Part shown: positions 8,780-18,142 of the stretch, piece after piece
How positions within the stretch are numbered: position 1 is the stretch's first letter
Layout: every line of letters begins with the position of its first letter
Position numbers and translations under genes: made by a program
Virus record (IMG/VR): IMGVR_UViG_3300036832_000756
Coordinates: 1 to 61,822 of that record
Source: a virus
Taxonomy: Duplodnaviria > Caudoviricetes
Reading direction: 5' to 3' (one strand)
DNA: 61,822 nucleotides
The notes under the pieces: model-generated
Told to the model about the DNA's origin: nothing
The model's database searches: none
What the model saw: the letters and a program-made list of their open reading frames with translations, nothing else

Positions 8780-9155
8780 GGAGGCCTTCGACCTGAGGAT
8801 GGCCGGGCACACCCTGGGTGAGATCGGCGAGATCCTGGGCACCGACTACGACTCGGTGCGGCAGATGCTGAGCCAGCTCTACGGCTTCGAGGCCGCCTAC
8901 ATCGATGACCAGGAGCGGAAGACCGCGCTGGCCACCGAGGTGATGCGGCTGGACAAGCTGCAGACCGCCTTCTGGTCCAGCGCCATGATGGGCGACGTGG
9001 GCAGCGGCCGGATGGTGCTGGACTGCATCAAGGAGCGGTCCAAGCTGACCGGCCTGGAGCAGGCCGACCCGGTGGTGAACAAGAACCTGGTGCTGGTGAT
9101 GGGGGACAAGGAAGAGGACTACATCGCCGCGCTGAAGGCCGCCACCGATGATTGA
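8640..9155 (+). CDS. probable terminase small subunit (HTH)
   Basis: RAREAFDLRMAGHTLGEIGEILG...ERSKLTGLE pattern typical of actinophage TerS-like proteins. Confidence 0.6.
   Translation: MAKVTDIESQAKAKGSAAKGSAAKGSASRTPARRISQTPAVHWERAREAFDLRMAGHTLGEIGEILGTDYDSVRQMLSQLYGFEAAYIDDQERKTALATEVMRLDKLQTAFWSSAMMGDVGSGRMVLDCIKERSKLTGLEQADPVVNKNLVLVMGDKEEDYIAALKAATDD
8676..8720. repeat. 3x 15-bp tandem repeat GCCAAGGGCTCAGC(A/G)
   Basis: Copies at 8676, 8691 and 8706, inside the whiB/terS overlap. Confidence 0.95.
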
Positions 9156-9429
9156 GCTCGCCGGGTTCACCGAGATGCCTCCCGAGGAGATCAGGGCGGC
9201 CATGTGCGAGTGGCTGAGGTTCCACGGGATCGACCCGAACCTGGTGCCCATCCCGTGCGACATCACCAGCGACCACGAGTCCTGCTCGATCTGGGTCGAT
9301 GAGTTCGTCCTCGACAAGGACGGTGCCAGGACCATCGCCGAGGACGGCACCTACGCCAAGGTCAGGATGCAGCACCAGGGCGAGACCGCTCCGCTGCCCA
9401 TGCCGTGTCCGAAGATCGTCGGACCGTGA
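9148..9429 (+). CDS. hypothetical protein
   Basis: 93-aa ORF in operon. Confidence 0.7.
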   Translation: MIELAGFTEMPPEEIRAAMCEWLRFHGIDPNLVPIPCDITSDHESCSIWVDEFVLDKDGARTIAEDGTYAKVRMQHQGETAPLPMPCPKIVGP

Positions 9430-9830
9430 TGACCGACTGGGAGCCGCCGGGCCTGCGTCAGATCGTGGACTCCATCACCTACCTGCCCGGCTGGATGGTC
9501 TACCTGGGCCACAACAACGAGGACGGGAGCTGGCTCTGCCTGCACATCGTCTCCGCTACCCCCGACTCCTACGACCAGACCAGGACGGTCCGGGTCAACC
9601 ACTCCTTCCTGGTGCCCATGGCCACCTACAACGAGCGCACCTGGAAGGCCTGGATCTTCGACCGCTGCCTGGACGTGTGGCGGCACGAGACCGGGGAGTT
9701 CCTGCAGTTCTCAGGGGTGCGGGAGTTCGCGCCCCACCACGGCAACGGCGAGGACCCCTACCGGACCTGGCACGTGGGCGACCTGGCCGACACCCGGGTC
9801 AAGGCCGGGGACGCCAAGGCAGCGGACTAG
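9429..9830 (+). CDS. hypothetical protein
   Basis: TGATG coupling; ITYLPGW...HETGEF...FAPHH. Confidence 0.75.
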   Translation: MTDWEPPGLRQIVDSITYLPGWMVYLGHNNEDGSWLCLHIVSATPDSYDQTRTVRVNHSFLVPMATYNERTWKAWIFDRCLDVWRHETGEFLQFSGVREFAPHHGNGEDPYRTWHVGDLADTRVKAGDAKAAD

Positions 9831-9852
9831 CGCGGCTCGGGATGATGGTGTC

Positions 9853-10239
9853 ATGGGAGCCGCGAACGTACCGATGGAGATCGACCAGGGCGAGGACTGG
9901 ACCACCACGATCGTCTACACCGACGACTTCGATGAGCCGTACAACGTCATCGCTCCGTGTCGGATGGACATCAAGAACCAGCAGGGTGCCGTCCAGCTCT
10001 CGCTTGCCACACCTGATGAAGAAGTACTCCAGGGGACGATCCCGCAGATCGGGGTGAGCGAGGACATCGGGCTGATCCAGCTGCACATCGAGGACTCGGT
10101 GACCGCCAGCCTGATGCCCGGGGTCTACAAGTACGACCTGTTCGTGACCGTGAACGACGGTGACGAGTACGCCGGCAACCAGATCCAGCGGCTGGTGGCC
10201 GGCACGGTCACCGTGAACCAGAGAGTGACTCAGCTATGA
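9853..10239 (+). CDS. virion structural protein (BppU N-terminal-like)
   Basis: IDQGEDW...GVYKYDL...LVAGTVTV beta-sandwich pattern. Confidence 0.6.
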   Translation: MGAANVPMEIDQGEDWTTTIVYTDDFDEPYNVIAPCRMDIKNQQGAVQLSLATPDEEVLQGTIPQIGVSEDIGLIQLHIEDSVTASLMPGVYKYDLFVTVNDGDEYAGNQIQRLVAGTVTVNQRVTQL

Positions 10240-10541
10240 GCCGTTCCGCCTTCGGCATCGAGCACGGGGAGATCACCAAGGCCCGCACGGCCAGGCAGCA
10301 GGAGTCCGCCAACGACCTGCAGCGTGGGGCCCGGATCGGGGTCGGTGCCGCCGGAGCGGCCGGAGTCGCCACCGGGGTCAAGGCCGCCCGGCGCACCAAG
10401 AGCACCAAGAAGGCCGTCCGAGCCGCCGTCGGGGTCGGCCGGGGTGGGCGTACCTTCATGGCGACCGCTGCTCCGGCCGCGATCACCGGCTACGTCGGCG
10501 TGGCCGGGGCCAAGGCGCTGCGGCGCAGGAAGCAGGGCTAG
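10236..10541 (+). CDS. SAFG-tag basic Gly/Ala-rich protein 1 (putative internal virion cargo)
   Basis: MSRSAFGIEHGEITK leader; GVGAAGAAGVATG hydrophobic segment; Lys/Arg-rich. Confidence 0.75.
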   Translation: MSRSAFGIEHGEITKARTARQQESANDLQRGARIGVGAAGAAGVATGVKAARRTKSTKKAVRAAVGVGRGGRTFMATAAPAAITGYVGVAGAKALRRRKQG

Positions 10542-10544
10542 GTC

Positions 10545-11234
10545 ATGGGCAACGTGGTCAAGCTGGTCAACGGCGGGTCGATCCAGGTCCGCACCGGAGT
10601 GATCCAGGGCATCGGCCCGGTCGGGCCTCGGGGCGCGGTGGGACCGAACGGGCCGCAGGGCGACCAGGGACCGACCGGCGACACCGGCGCGATGGGCCAG
10701 ATCCTCCAGGTCGGCGCTCGCACGGACGTGAGCACCACCAACGCCCTGGCCGCGGCCACCGACACGGTGATCTCCTTCGGCAACATCAAGTACGACGACC
10801 CCTCCTGCATCTACACCTCGGCCAACATCCTGCTGCGCGACATCGGGGACTACATGCTCAACGTCTACCTGCGCTTCGACGACGCGGCGGCCGGTGGGCG
10901 TGAGGTGTGGTTCGCCAGCCAGACCGCGGGCCTGATCGCCCGGACCTCGAGGGTCAGCGCGCCGGGTGCCCCGTTCTACGTGGACCTGTCCATGCCCTAC
11001 CGGGTGCTGGCTCCCGGCAACGAGTACCTCAACGTGCTGGCCCGCTCCGCCCAGGCGCTGAACATCTCGGCGGGCTCACTCGGTGTGACCCGGATCGGCT
11101 CCGGGCCGGTCGGTGCCCAGGGCCCGATCGGTCCACAGGGACCTCCGGGAGCCACCGGGGGCAAGGGCGACACCGGTTCACCGGGCGCGCCGGGCGGTGT
11201 GTACACCAGCTACGCACAGCTGGTCGGGCACTAG
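10545..11234 (+). CDS. collagen-repeat minor tail/fibre protein
   Basis: Two Gly-X-Y tracts flanking a beta domain. Confidence 0.75.
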   Translation: MGNVVKLVNGGSIQVRTGVIQGIGPVGPRGAVGPNGPQGDQGPTGDTGAMGQILQVGARTDVSTTNALAAATDTVISFGNIKYDDPSCIYTSANILLRDIGDYMLNVYLRFDDAAAGGREVWFASQTAGLIARTSRVSAPGAPFYVDLSMPYRVLAPGNEYLNVLARSAQALNISAGSLGVTRIGSGPVGAQGPIGPQGPPGATGGKGDTGSPGAPGGVYTSYAQLVGH

Positions 11235-11240
11235 CCTGGG

Positions 11241-11858
11241 TCAGTGCTGGACGGGCGTGGGCGAGTCGTCACGGTTCACCACAACCCGAGCTGAGTCACC
11301 GAGCTCGAAGATGTGGTTGCCCGCGGTGTCGCGGAGCAGGCGCACCCACTCCGGGTGCCGGTGGCTGTTCAGCGGCGGTCCGACGTAGGCCCGCTCCCGG
11401 TCGGCGAAGATATTGTTCCCGGCGTGGCTGTCCCGGATGGTGACCTGACCGTCCTCACCGTTGGCCGCGATGTTGTTCTTGGAGGTCACGTCGCAGATCA
11501 GCACGTTGTGGCTGTGCTGGATCTTCACGTTGTTGCCCACCAGCGGGTCGAACTTGCAGCCCGGGGTGGAGATGATCACGGTCCCGGTCACACCTCTGGC
11601 CATGATGTTGCGGGCCACGTTGGTCCGGATGGTCAGGTTGGCAGCGCCCTTCTTGGCGTGCACCCCGCCGGTGACGGTGGCGTCAGCAGCCAGGGTGCAG
11701 CTCGAGCCCGCCTGGATGGTGACGTTGTGAACCTTGCCATGGATGGTGGTGTCGCAGTTGCGGATGTTGGGCCCATGGCCGGCGGCCTGGGCAGGAGCGG
11801 TTACGGACAGAGCAGCGAGCGTCAGTGCGCTCACACCCCCCAGCAGTGTCTTCAACAT
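11241..11858 (-). CDS. secreted beta-helix-like protein (moron)
   Basis: Signal peptide MLKTLLGGVSALTLAALSVTAPAQA-A; repeated (V/A)xNNI units; own leaderless -10 TACGGT 6 nt before ATG 11858. Confidence 0.75.
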   Translation of the reverse strand: MLKTLLGGVSALTLAALSVTAPAQAAGHGPNIRNCDTTIHGKVHNVTIQAGSSCTLAADATVTGGVHAKKGAANLTIRTNVARNIMARGVTGTVIISTPGCKFDPLVGNNVKIQHSHNVLICDVTSKNNIAANGEDGQVTIRDSHAGNNIFADRERAYVGPPLNSHRHPEWVRLLRDTAGNHIFELGDSARVVVNRDDSPTPVQH

Positions 11859-11916
11859 CCCGGCACCGTACCCACAGTGCCCGGACATACAGGAATCCCA
11901 CCGCTAGCCTCATCCC

Positions 11917-13737
11917 ATGACCATCGACCAGGCCCAGTCATCCAGACTGGGCCAGCGGGTGGCACCCGAGTCCACCTACGTCCAGATCTTCGACGTGGAC
12001 CCCGCCACCCCGACCTCGGACCTGGTGGAGGCGGCCTGGCCCGGGATGCTGATCTTCCGGATGGACATCGGGATCCTGCAGATCTTCAACGGCACGGCCG
12101 GGGCCTGGCAGGACGTGGCCGGCGGCGTGGCCGGCAAGCTCACCTACGTCGGGCCGGACGAGCCGGTCGAGAGCCCGCCCGCCGTGGTCTTCGCCGAGGG
12201 CGACATCTGGTTCGATGACGACGACGGCTTCAAGCAGTACGTCTGGGCGCTGACCCCGACCCCGCACTGGGAGCCGGTGGTGGCCGGGATCGCCTCGCAC
12301 TCCCAGGGTGCCAACACCGACGGCACACCGCCCGGGGTCACGATCGGGGACATCTGGTTCAACACCGACGACAAGAACCGGCCCTACTGGTGGAACGGCA
12401 CCACCTGGCTGGACATGCAGAACCCGAGCATCCAGGACATGGCCGACTCGATCGGTGACAACGCCAACAACATCGGCAACAACACCCTGGCCCTGCAGGA
12501 CCTGAGCACCATCGTGGAGAGCGTGGCGCTGACCGCCTCCAGCGCCAACAACACCGCGGACACCGCCGACGGCCGAGTCTCGATGAGCGACTACATGCCT
12601 GGCGGCGACGACGTGGCGGGCCGGGTCAACGGCTCGATCTGGTTCACCCGGACCCGGCCCCGGACCAACGTCTGTACGAACCCCTCCTTCGAGACCAACA
12701 CCAGCTTCTGGACCTTCGCCCCCGGCGTGGTGGCGGTCCGGGACTCGACCCTGTTCGTGCCGGCCGGGGTCTGGACGCTGAAGGTGACCAACGGGGCCAC
12801 CGGGCCGTTCACGGTGGCCTGGGGACAGAGCGCCCAGCCGGTCTGCGCGGAGGGCCAGACCTTCACCGCCTCGATCTACGCCGAGCTGCTCAGCGGCAGC
12901 GGCGCGAACGTGGTGCTGGAGATTCTCTGGTACGACGCCACCGCCACCCTGATCGGCACCAGCACCAGTGATCCCTTCCAGCTGGTGCTGAACGCCTTCG
13001 ACCCCAGTCAGCTGGGCACCGCCGCCGAGCCCCGGCTGTTCGTGACCGATGCGGCCCCGGCCGGTGCGGTCTCCTTCTACGTGCGCGAGACCAACCCCAA
13101 CGCCGGGGATGTCTGGCACACCGGGGAGCTGCTGGTCGAGGCCGAGGACGACCTGGGCCGGTACTTCGACGGAGACTCCTTCGACGGCTCCTGGACCGAT
13201 GTCCCCCAGAACTCCACCTCGGAGCTGGCCGGCGACAAGATCATCCAGATCTGGGAGCTGCGGGACGGGCAGTGGATCCAGAAGTACCTGACCGAGGACA
13301 CGCTCTACCTGATCAACGTGGCTAAGCTGATCGGGGAGCTGGACGGCTCGGTCAGCCTGCAGGACAACACCGTCCCGGTGGACAAGCAGCAGGTCGCGCA
13401 GTGCTTCGCCACCGAGCCCCTGACCGCGGGCGACCTGGTGAACATCTGGAACAACAACGGGGTGTTCAGCGTCCGCAAGGCCTCCGCCACGCTGCGTCAG
13501 GGGGCCTCCGGCTTCGTCCTGGACACGGTGAGCACCGGAGTCTGGGTGAACGTCTACCACGTCGGCTACAACCCGTTCATGACCAACCTGACCCCGGGCG
13601 CGCAGTGGCTGTCGGTGACCGGTCAGGTCTCCTCACGGCCACCCACCGCGGTCGGGTCGCTGGTGCAGCGGGTGGGCTCGGCCTCCACCAGCACCACCTT
13701 GAACTTCCATCCCACGGTCTCGGTCAAGATCACCTAG
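11917..13737 (+). CDS. minor tail protein with carbohydrate-binding-like domain
   Basis: GDIWF repeats; NVCTNPSFETN CBM-like start; YFDGD. Confidence 0.75.
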   Translation: MTIDQAQSSRLGQRVAPESTYVQIFDVDPATPTSDLVEAAWPGMLIFRMDIGILQIFNGTAGAWQDVAGGVAGKLTYVGPDEPVESPPAVVFAEGDIWFDDDDGFKQYVWALTPTPHWEPVVAGIASHSQGANTDGTPPGVTIGDIWFNTDDKNRPYWWNGTTWLDMQNPSIQDMADSIGDNANNIGNNTLALQDLSTIVESVALTASSANNTADTADGRVSMSDYMPGGDDVAGRVNGSIWFTRTRPRTNVCTNPSFETNTSFWTFAPGVVAVRDSTLFVPAGVWTLKVTNGATGPFTVAWGQSAQPVCAEGQTFTASIYAELLSGSGANVVLEILWYDATATLIGTSTSDPFQLVLNAFDPSQLGTAAEPRLFVTDAAPAGAVSFYVRETNPNAGDVWHTGELLVEAEDDLGRYFDGDSFDGSWTDVPQNSTSELAGDKIIQIWELRDGQWIQKYLTEDTLYLINVAKLIGELDGSVSLQDNTVPVDKQQVAQCFATEPLTAGDLVNIWNNNGVFSVRKASATLRQGASGFVLDTVSTGVWVNVYHVGYNPFMTNLTPGAQWLSVTGQVSSRPPTAVGSLVQRVGSASTSTTLNFHPTVSVKIT

Positions 13738-13748
13738 GGGGTGGAGTC

Positions 13749-15812
13749 ATAGCGATCGACTGGGGGGCCTACGACTCATCCGGCGGGCTGGGGGTCCGGG
13801 TCGGGATCGACGTGTCGGTGGAGACCGCGATCGGGCACAACGAGTCCAGCTGCACCTTCACCGTGGACTACTACACCCAGAACCAGCACAGCTGGAGCGA
13901 CTCCCAGACCCTGAACCTGACCGGTGCGATCGGGGGCTCGATCGGGTTCTCCAACAACTCCGGTGACGGTGCCGTGGTCAAGCGCGGGTCGCGGACCTAC
14001 GTCTACAGCTACGCAGGCAACGAGTACGGCAGCTCGCCCGGGAACCGGACCTTCGGGGCCACCCTGGTCGGGGCCTTCAACGGGATCACCCCCTCCAACA
14101 GCCACACCTCCGCGATCACCGCGCGCCCGTACGGAGCGCCGGCCAAGCCCACCCAGACCGCGGTGGACCGCTACTCCAACGACACCGCTCACATCACCTG
14201 GAACAACCAAGACACGGTGGGCGAGCCGTACGGCAACATCTACGTCGAGCGCTACGCCTACGGGCACGGCACCTGGAACCGGATCACCACGCTGCCCGGC
14301 GGGGCCACCGCCTACACCGATGGCGGTGCGATCCCGAACCGGAAGTACACCTACCGGGTCCAGGCCCACAACAGCGTCGATGACTCGGGCTACGACCAGA
14401 CCGGGATCATCTGGACCACGCCGGCGGCACCCAGCGGGATCGGTCGAGCCACCTCGGGTGCCAACCAGGTGGTCACCTGGACCACCAACGCCGACTACCC
14501 CGAGGCCGAGAACGTGGTCTACCACGCCGCGAACGGGGTCTGGGACGGCTCCGCGCTGGCCGTGGTCGGCGGCCAGAGCTACACCCACGTCGCGCCGGAC
14601 CCGACCAAGCGGCACAAGTACCGGGTCCGGACCAGGACCACCTCGGGTGCGACCCTGTACTCCGACTACTCCCCGGAGACCAGCGAGTCGGCGCTGACCA
14701 CCTCGGCCCCGAACCCGCCGACCAACCTGTCCCCGGCCGGCGATGTCACGGTCAACGAGGCCGCCGTGGTCGTGCTCAGCTGGACCTACAACCCCGCGGA
14801 CGGGAGCGCGCAGACCGCCTTCACCATCCAGCATCGGGAGTACGGGACGACCGCGTGGACCGTGGTGAGCCCGCCCGGCTCCTCGGCGAAGACGTACAGC
14901 CTGCCGGCCAACACCTACGCCAAGGACAAGCGGGTCGAGTGGCAGGTCCAGACCGCCGGTGCCAGCGGCACGATGAGCGCCTTCTCGGCCTCGGCCACCT
15001 TCTTCACCCAGGCCACGGTGACCACCACGATCACCAAGTACCCGCTGTTCATGGACATCATCACCGGTCAGATCGAGGCCGACTCCCAGGGCCTGCCAGG
15101 TCCGACCGCGGATGCCGCGGACTGGTACTCCAGCTCCGCCCAGGCGATCGCGAACGGCGGGGGCATCAGTCAGGTCACCGGGCTGGCGCTGGTGGGTGCG
15201 GCTCCGACCTGGGGGCACCTGAGCGGGAGCAACGTGGTGATCGACAAGGCGGGCACCTATCTGGTCACCGGCTCGGTCACCTTCGCCGCCAACACCGCCG
15301 GACGCCGGCTCGCGGCGATCGTCGTCAACGGAACCGAGGTACGCCGCCAGGATGTCGGTAGCGCCACCGTCGCCTCCAACCCCGCCACGGTGACGGTCTC
15401 GACGCTGGTCGAGGCGGCCCTGAACGACACGATCGGACTGTGGGCCTTCCAGAACGGTGCTGCGAGCAACCTGCTGGGTAACCCCGGCCACGACCTGCAG
15501 ATCGCCCCGCTGGTCACGGTCTCCACCGGCGGCGGAGGTGGCGGTGGGTCCGGTGGCGCGCCCACTGGCGCTGCGGGCGGGGATCTGATCGGCTCCTACC
15601 CGAACCCCTTGATCGCGAGCGCCACCTTCAGCTTCGCCACGGCCAGCACGCTGTGGTCGTGCCCGCACAACCTGGGCAAGCAGGAGGTCCTGGTCTACAC
15701 CCAGGACAACAGCAACGTCGAGCAGTTCGGCGATGTGACCAGGGTCAACGCCAACCTGGTGGAGATCCGCTGGTACAACCCGATGACCGGCCTGGTCCGG
15801 ATCAGCAAGTAG
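13749..15812 (+). CDS. fibronectin type III-repeat tail protein (probable ATA start)
   Basis: PAKP..ITW..YTYRVQAHN FN3 units; frame reads (M)AIDWGAYD from ATA 13749. Confidence 0.75.
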   Translation: MAIDWGAYDSSGGLGVRVGIDVSVETAIGHNESSCTFTVDYYTQNQHSWSDSQTLNLTGAIGGSIGFSNNSGDGAVVKRGSRTYVYSYAGNEYGSSPGNRTFGATLVGAFNGITPSNSHTSAITARPYGAPAKPTQTAVDRYSNDTAHITWNNQDTVGEPYGNIYVERYAYGHGTWNRITTLPGGATAYTDGGAIPNRKYTYRVQAHNSVDDSGYDQTGIIWTTPAAPSGIGRATSGANQVVTWTTNADYPEAENVVYHAANGVWDGSALAVVGGQSYTHVAPDPTKRHKYRVRTRTTSGATLYSDYSPETSESALTTSAPNPPTNLSPAGDVTVNEAAVVVLSWTYNPADGSAQTAFTIQHREYGTTAWTVVSPPGSSAKTYSLPANTYAKDKRVEWQVQTAGASGTMSAFSASATFFTQATVTTTITKYPLFMDIITGQIEADSQGLPGPTADAADWYSSSAQAIANGGGISQVTGLALVGAAPTWGHLSGSNVVIDKAGTYLVTGSVTFAANTAGRRLAAIVVNGTEVRRQDVGSATVASNPATVTVSTLVEAALNDTIGLWAFQNGAASNLLGNPGHDLQIAPLVTVSTGGGGGGGSGGAPTGAAGGDLIGSYPNPLIASATFSFATASTLWSCPHNLGKQEVLVYTQDNSNVEQFGDVTRVNANLVEIRWYNPMTGLVRISK

Positions 15813-15821
15813 GAGACGCTC

Positions 15822-17339
15822 ATGCCCAACTTCGGTGCCCAGATCAACACCAGCCGGATCCCGATCCTGGGGCTGATCCCGGAGCAGGCGGCTACCGCGT
15901 CCCCACCCGCGTCGCCGGTGGAGGGGCTGTTCTGGAACGACACCACCGCCCATGTGATCAAGGTCTACCTGGCCGGAGCCTGGACCACCCTGGGCAACGC
16001 GGGCGCGGGCGGTCCACCGTCCGGTGCCGCGGGCGGGGACCTGGGCAGCAGCTACCCGAACCCGACCGTGGTCAAGGCCCAGAGCGGGTTCACCATCAAC
16101 GGGGTCGCCGCGGTGATCACCACCGACAGCAGGCTGAGCGACTCCCGTACGCCCAGCGGCACCGCCGGCGGCAAGCTGGTCGGCACCTACCCGAACCCGT
16201 CGCTCGTCACTGGCGCGATCACTCCCAACGAACTGGCCTCTCAGGCAGTCGGTCCGAGTGCCATCGGCCTCGGCCTGATCAGTACTGCTGACAGCGGTAA
16301 TGCGGCGAACACCACTGCGGCGCTGCGCTCGATCGGCACGTCCAGCGGCCAGGCGATGAACGGCAGCACCAGGCTGGACCAGATCATCCCGCCCACCGCG
16401 CCGCTCAGCATGAACGGGTCGCGGATCACCACCATGGCCGATCCGCAGGCCGCGATGGATGCGGCGAACAAGAACTACGTGGACACGGTGGCCCAGGGCC
16501 TGGACCTGCACGGCTCGGTGAAGCTGGCGACCACGACCAGTCTGAGCAGTGGCGGCGTGCCCACCGGAGCTCAGACCGTGGACGGGATCGCGGTGGTCAC
16601 CAACGACCGGGTGCTGGTCAAGAACCAGTCCAACGCGGTGAACAACGGCATCTGGATCGCCAACACCGCTGGTGCCTGGAACCGCGCCACCGACGCCGAC
16701 AACACCAACGACCTGTCCCCGGGCTCGTTCGTGTTCGTCGAGCAGGGCACCGTCCAGGCCGACACCGGCTGGGTGATGACCAACGACACCCCGCCCGCCC
16801 CTGGTACCGACGCGATCAACTGGACCCAGTTCTCCGGGGCCGGCTCGATCATCGCCGGCACCGGACTGGCGCAGACCGGGACCACCATCAACGCCCAGGG
16901 CACCCCGAGCCGGATCAGCGTCTCCGCGGACAACATCGACATCGACGCCGCCTACGCCGGGCAGGCCTCGATCACCACCCTGGGTGCGGTGGCCACCGGT
17001 GCCTGGAACGCGACCACGATCGCGATCGCCAAGGGCGGCACCGGGGGCACCGATGTCAAGACCGCCCGGAACAACCTGGGGGTGCCCTCGAACTTCCAAG
17101 GGGTCGTCCCGGCGCTGACCGCGGGAGCCTGGACGACGATCCAGACCTACAAGGGCGGTCCCTACCCCACCGACATCACGCTCTGGGTCGCCGCCACCCT
17201 CGAGCAGATCTACCTGGACGTGCGGTGCGTGACCCCGGGAACCGGGGGTGCGGCCTACACCGACGTGCAGGTGCGGCCCGGGATCAACTACGCGGCGAGC
17301 GCGCTCTCCTACAGCGTCTCCGGGCAGGACTGGAACTGA
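15822..17339 (+). CDS. tail fibre protein
   Basis: AGGDLGSSYPNP repeats, DAANKNYVD, DRVLVKNQ...NGIW fibre motifs; AGGAG RBS. Confidence 0.8.
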   Translation: MPNFGAQINTSRIPILGLIPEQAATASPPASPVEGLFWNDTTAHVIKVYLAGAWTTLGNAGAGGPPSGAAGGDLGSSYPNPTVVKAQSGFTINGVAAVITTDSRLSDSRTPSGTAGGKLVGTYPNPSLVTGAITPNELASQAVGPSAIGLGLISTADSGNAANTTAALRSIGTSSGQAMNGSTRLDQIIPPTAPLSMNGSRITTMADPQAAMDAANKNYVDTVAQGLDLHGSVKLATTTSLSSGGVPTGAQTVDGIAVVTNDRVLVKNQSNAVNNGIWIANTAGAWNRATDADNTNDLSPGSFVFVEQGTVQADTGWVMTNDTPPAPGTDAINWTQFSGAGSIIAGTGLAQTGTTINAQGTPSRISVSADNIDIDAAYAGQASITTLGAVATGAWNATTIAIAKGGTGGTDVKTARNNLGVPSNFQGVVPALTAGAWTTIQTYKGGPYPTDITLWVAATLEQIYLDVRCVTPGTGGAAYTDVQVRPGINYAASALSYSVSGQDWN

Positions 17340-17752
17340 TGCCCCTCCTCGGAGCTGCGCTGCAGCTGCCCCAGCAGGCCACGCCGGCCAACCCCGCTGC
17401 CGGGTACGCGCTGCTGTACGTCAAGAGCGACAACAAGGTCTACGTCAAGGACTCCAGCGGCGTCGAGTCCGTGGTCGGGACCGGAGCCGGGGGCCCGGTG
17501 ATGCAGACCGGGACGGTGCTCATCACCATCCCCACCACGGCGTACTTCGCGACCGTCACCGTCAACTTCACTCCCGGGCTGTTCGCCGCCGTTCCCGTCG
17601 TGACCGCGACCGCCAACGCGGCCCCGACCGCCGTGTATGCCTCCACGACACTCCCCACCACCACCTCGGTCGCGATCTACGCGGTCCGGCGCGACGGCTC
17701 GAACCCGTCGTCCGCGCAGGCGATCACGGTCTCGTGGATGGCGTTCCAGTGA
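17339..17752 (+). CDS. small tail fibre / lectin-like protein
   Basis: TGATG coupling; VNFTPGLFAAVPVVTA...VSWMAF. Confidence 0.65.
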   Translation: MPLLGAALQLPQQATPANPAAGYALLYVKSDNKVYVKDSSGVESVVGTGAGGPVMQTGTVLITIPTTAYFATVTVNFTPGLFAAVPVVTATANAAPTAVYASTTLPTTTSVAIYAVRRDGSNPSSAQAITVSWMAFQ

Positions 17753-17801
17753 GCGTGCTGGCCGTGACACGGATGAGACGATCAAGACACAGGAGGTAGC
17801 C

Positions 17802-18131
17802 ATGCCCGCCAACACTCCGATCCAGGGGTTCCGGGTCCCGATCGGGACCGACGACCCCGATGTGGTCGATGACATGACCCAGCTGGCCAAGGGCATCGAG
17901 AAGCGGGTGGTGGGCATCTACGCCACCACCGTGGCGCGGGACACCGCGGTCTCGGGCCTGGTCGAGGAGGGCATGATGGCCTTCACCAAGGACACCAACA
18001 AGCTCTGGTACTTCGACGGCGCGGCCTGGCAGGAGTTCAAGCAGGGGTCCTTCAAGATCGGCTCCGGACCCTCGGTGCCCACCAACTCCGACCCCGGGTA
18101 TGTCAACGGAGACGTGTTCTTCAAGATCTGA
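17802..18131 (+). CDS. minor tail protein
   Basis: AGGAGG RBS; EGMMAF..DTNKLWYFDGAAW, NGDVFFK. Confidence 0.7.
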   Translation: MPANTPIQGFRVPIGTDDPDVVDDMTQLAKGIEKRVVGIYATTVARDTAVSGLVEEGMMAFTKDTNKLWYFDGAAWQEFKQGSFKIGSGPSVPTNSDPGYVNGDVFFKI

Positions 18132-18142
18132 GCGGAGCCTCG

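Noticed and set aside
15554-16205. Repeated AGGDL.G.YPNP segments in two fibre genes as a diversity-generating or invertible system
   Set aside because: Peptide-level fibre repeat with synonymous divergence; no reverse transcriptase or invertase in the window.
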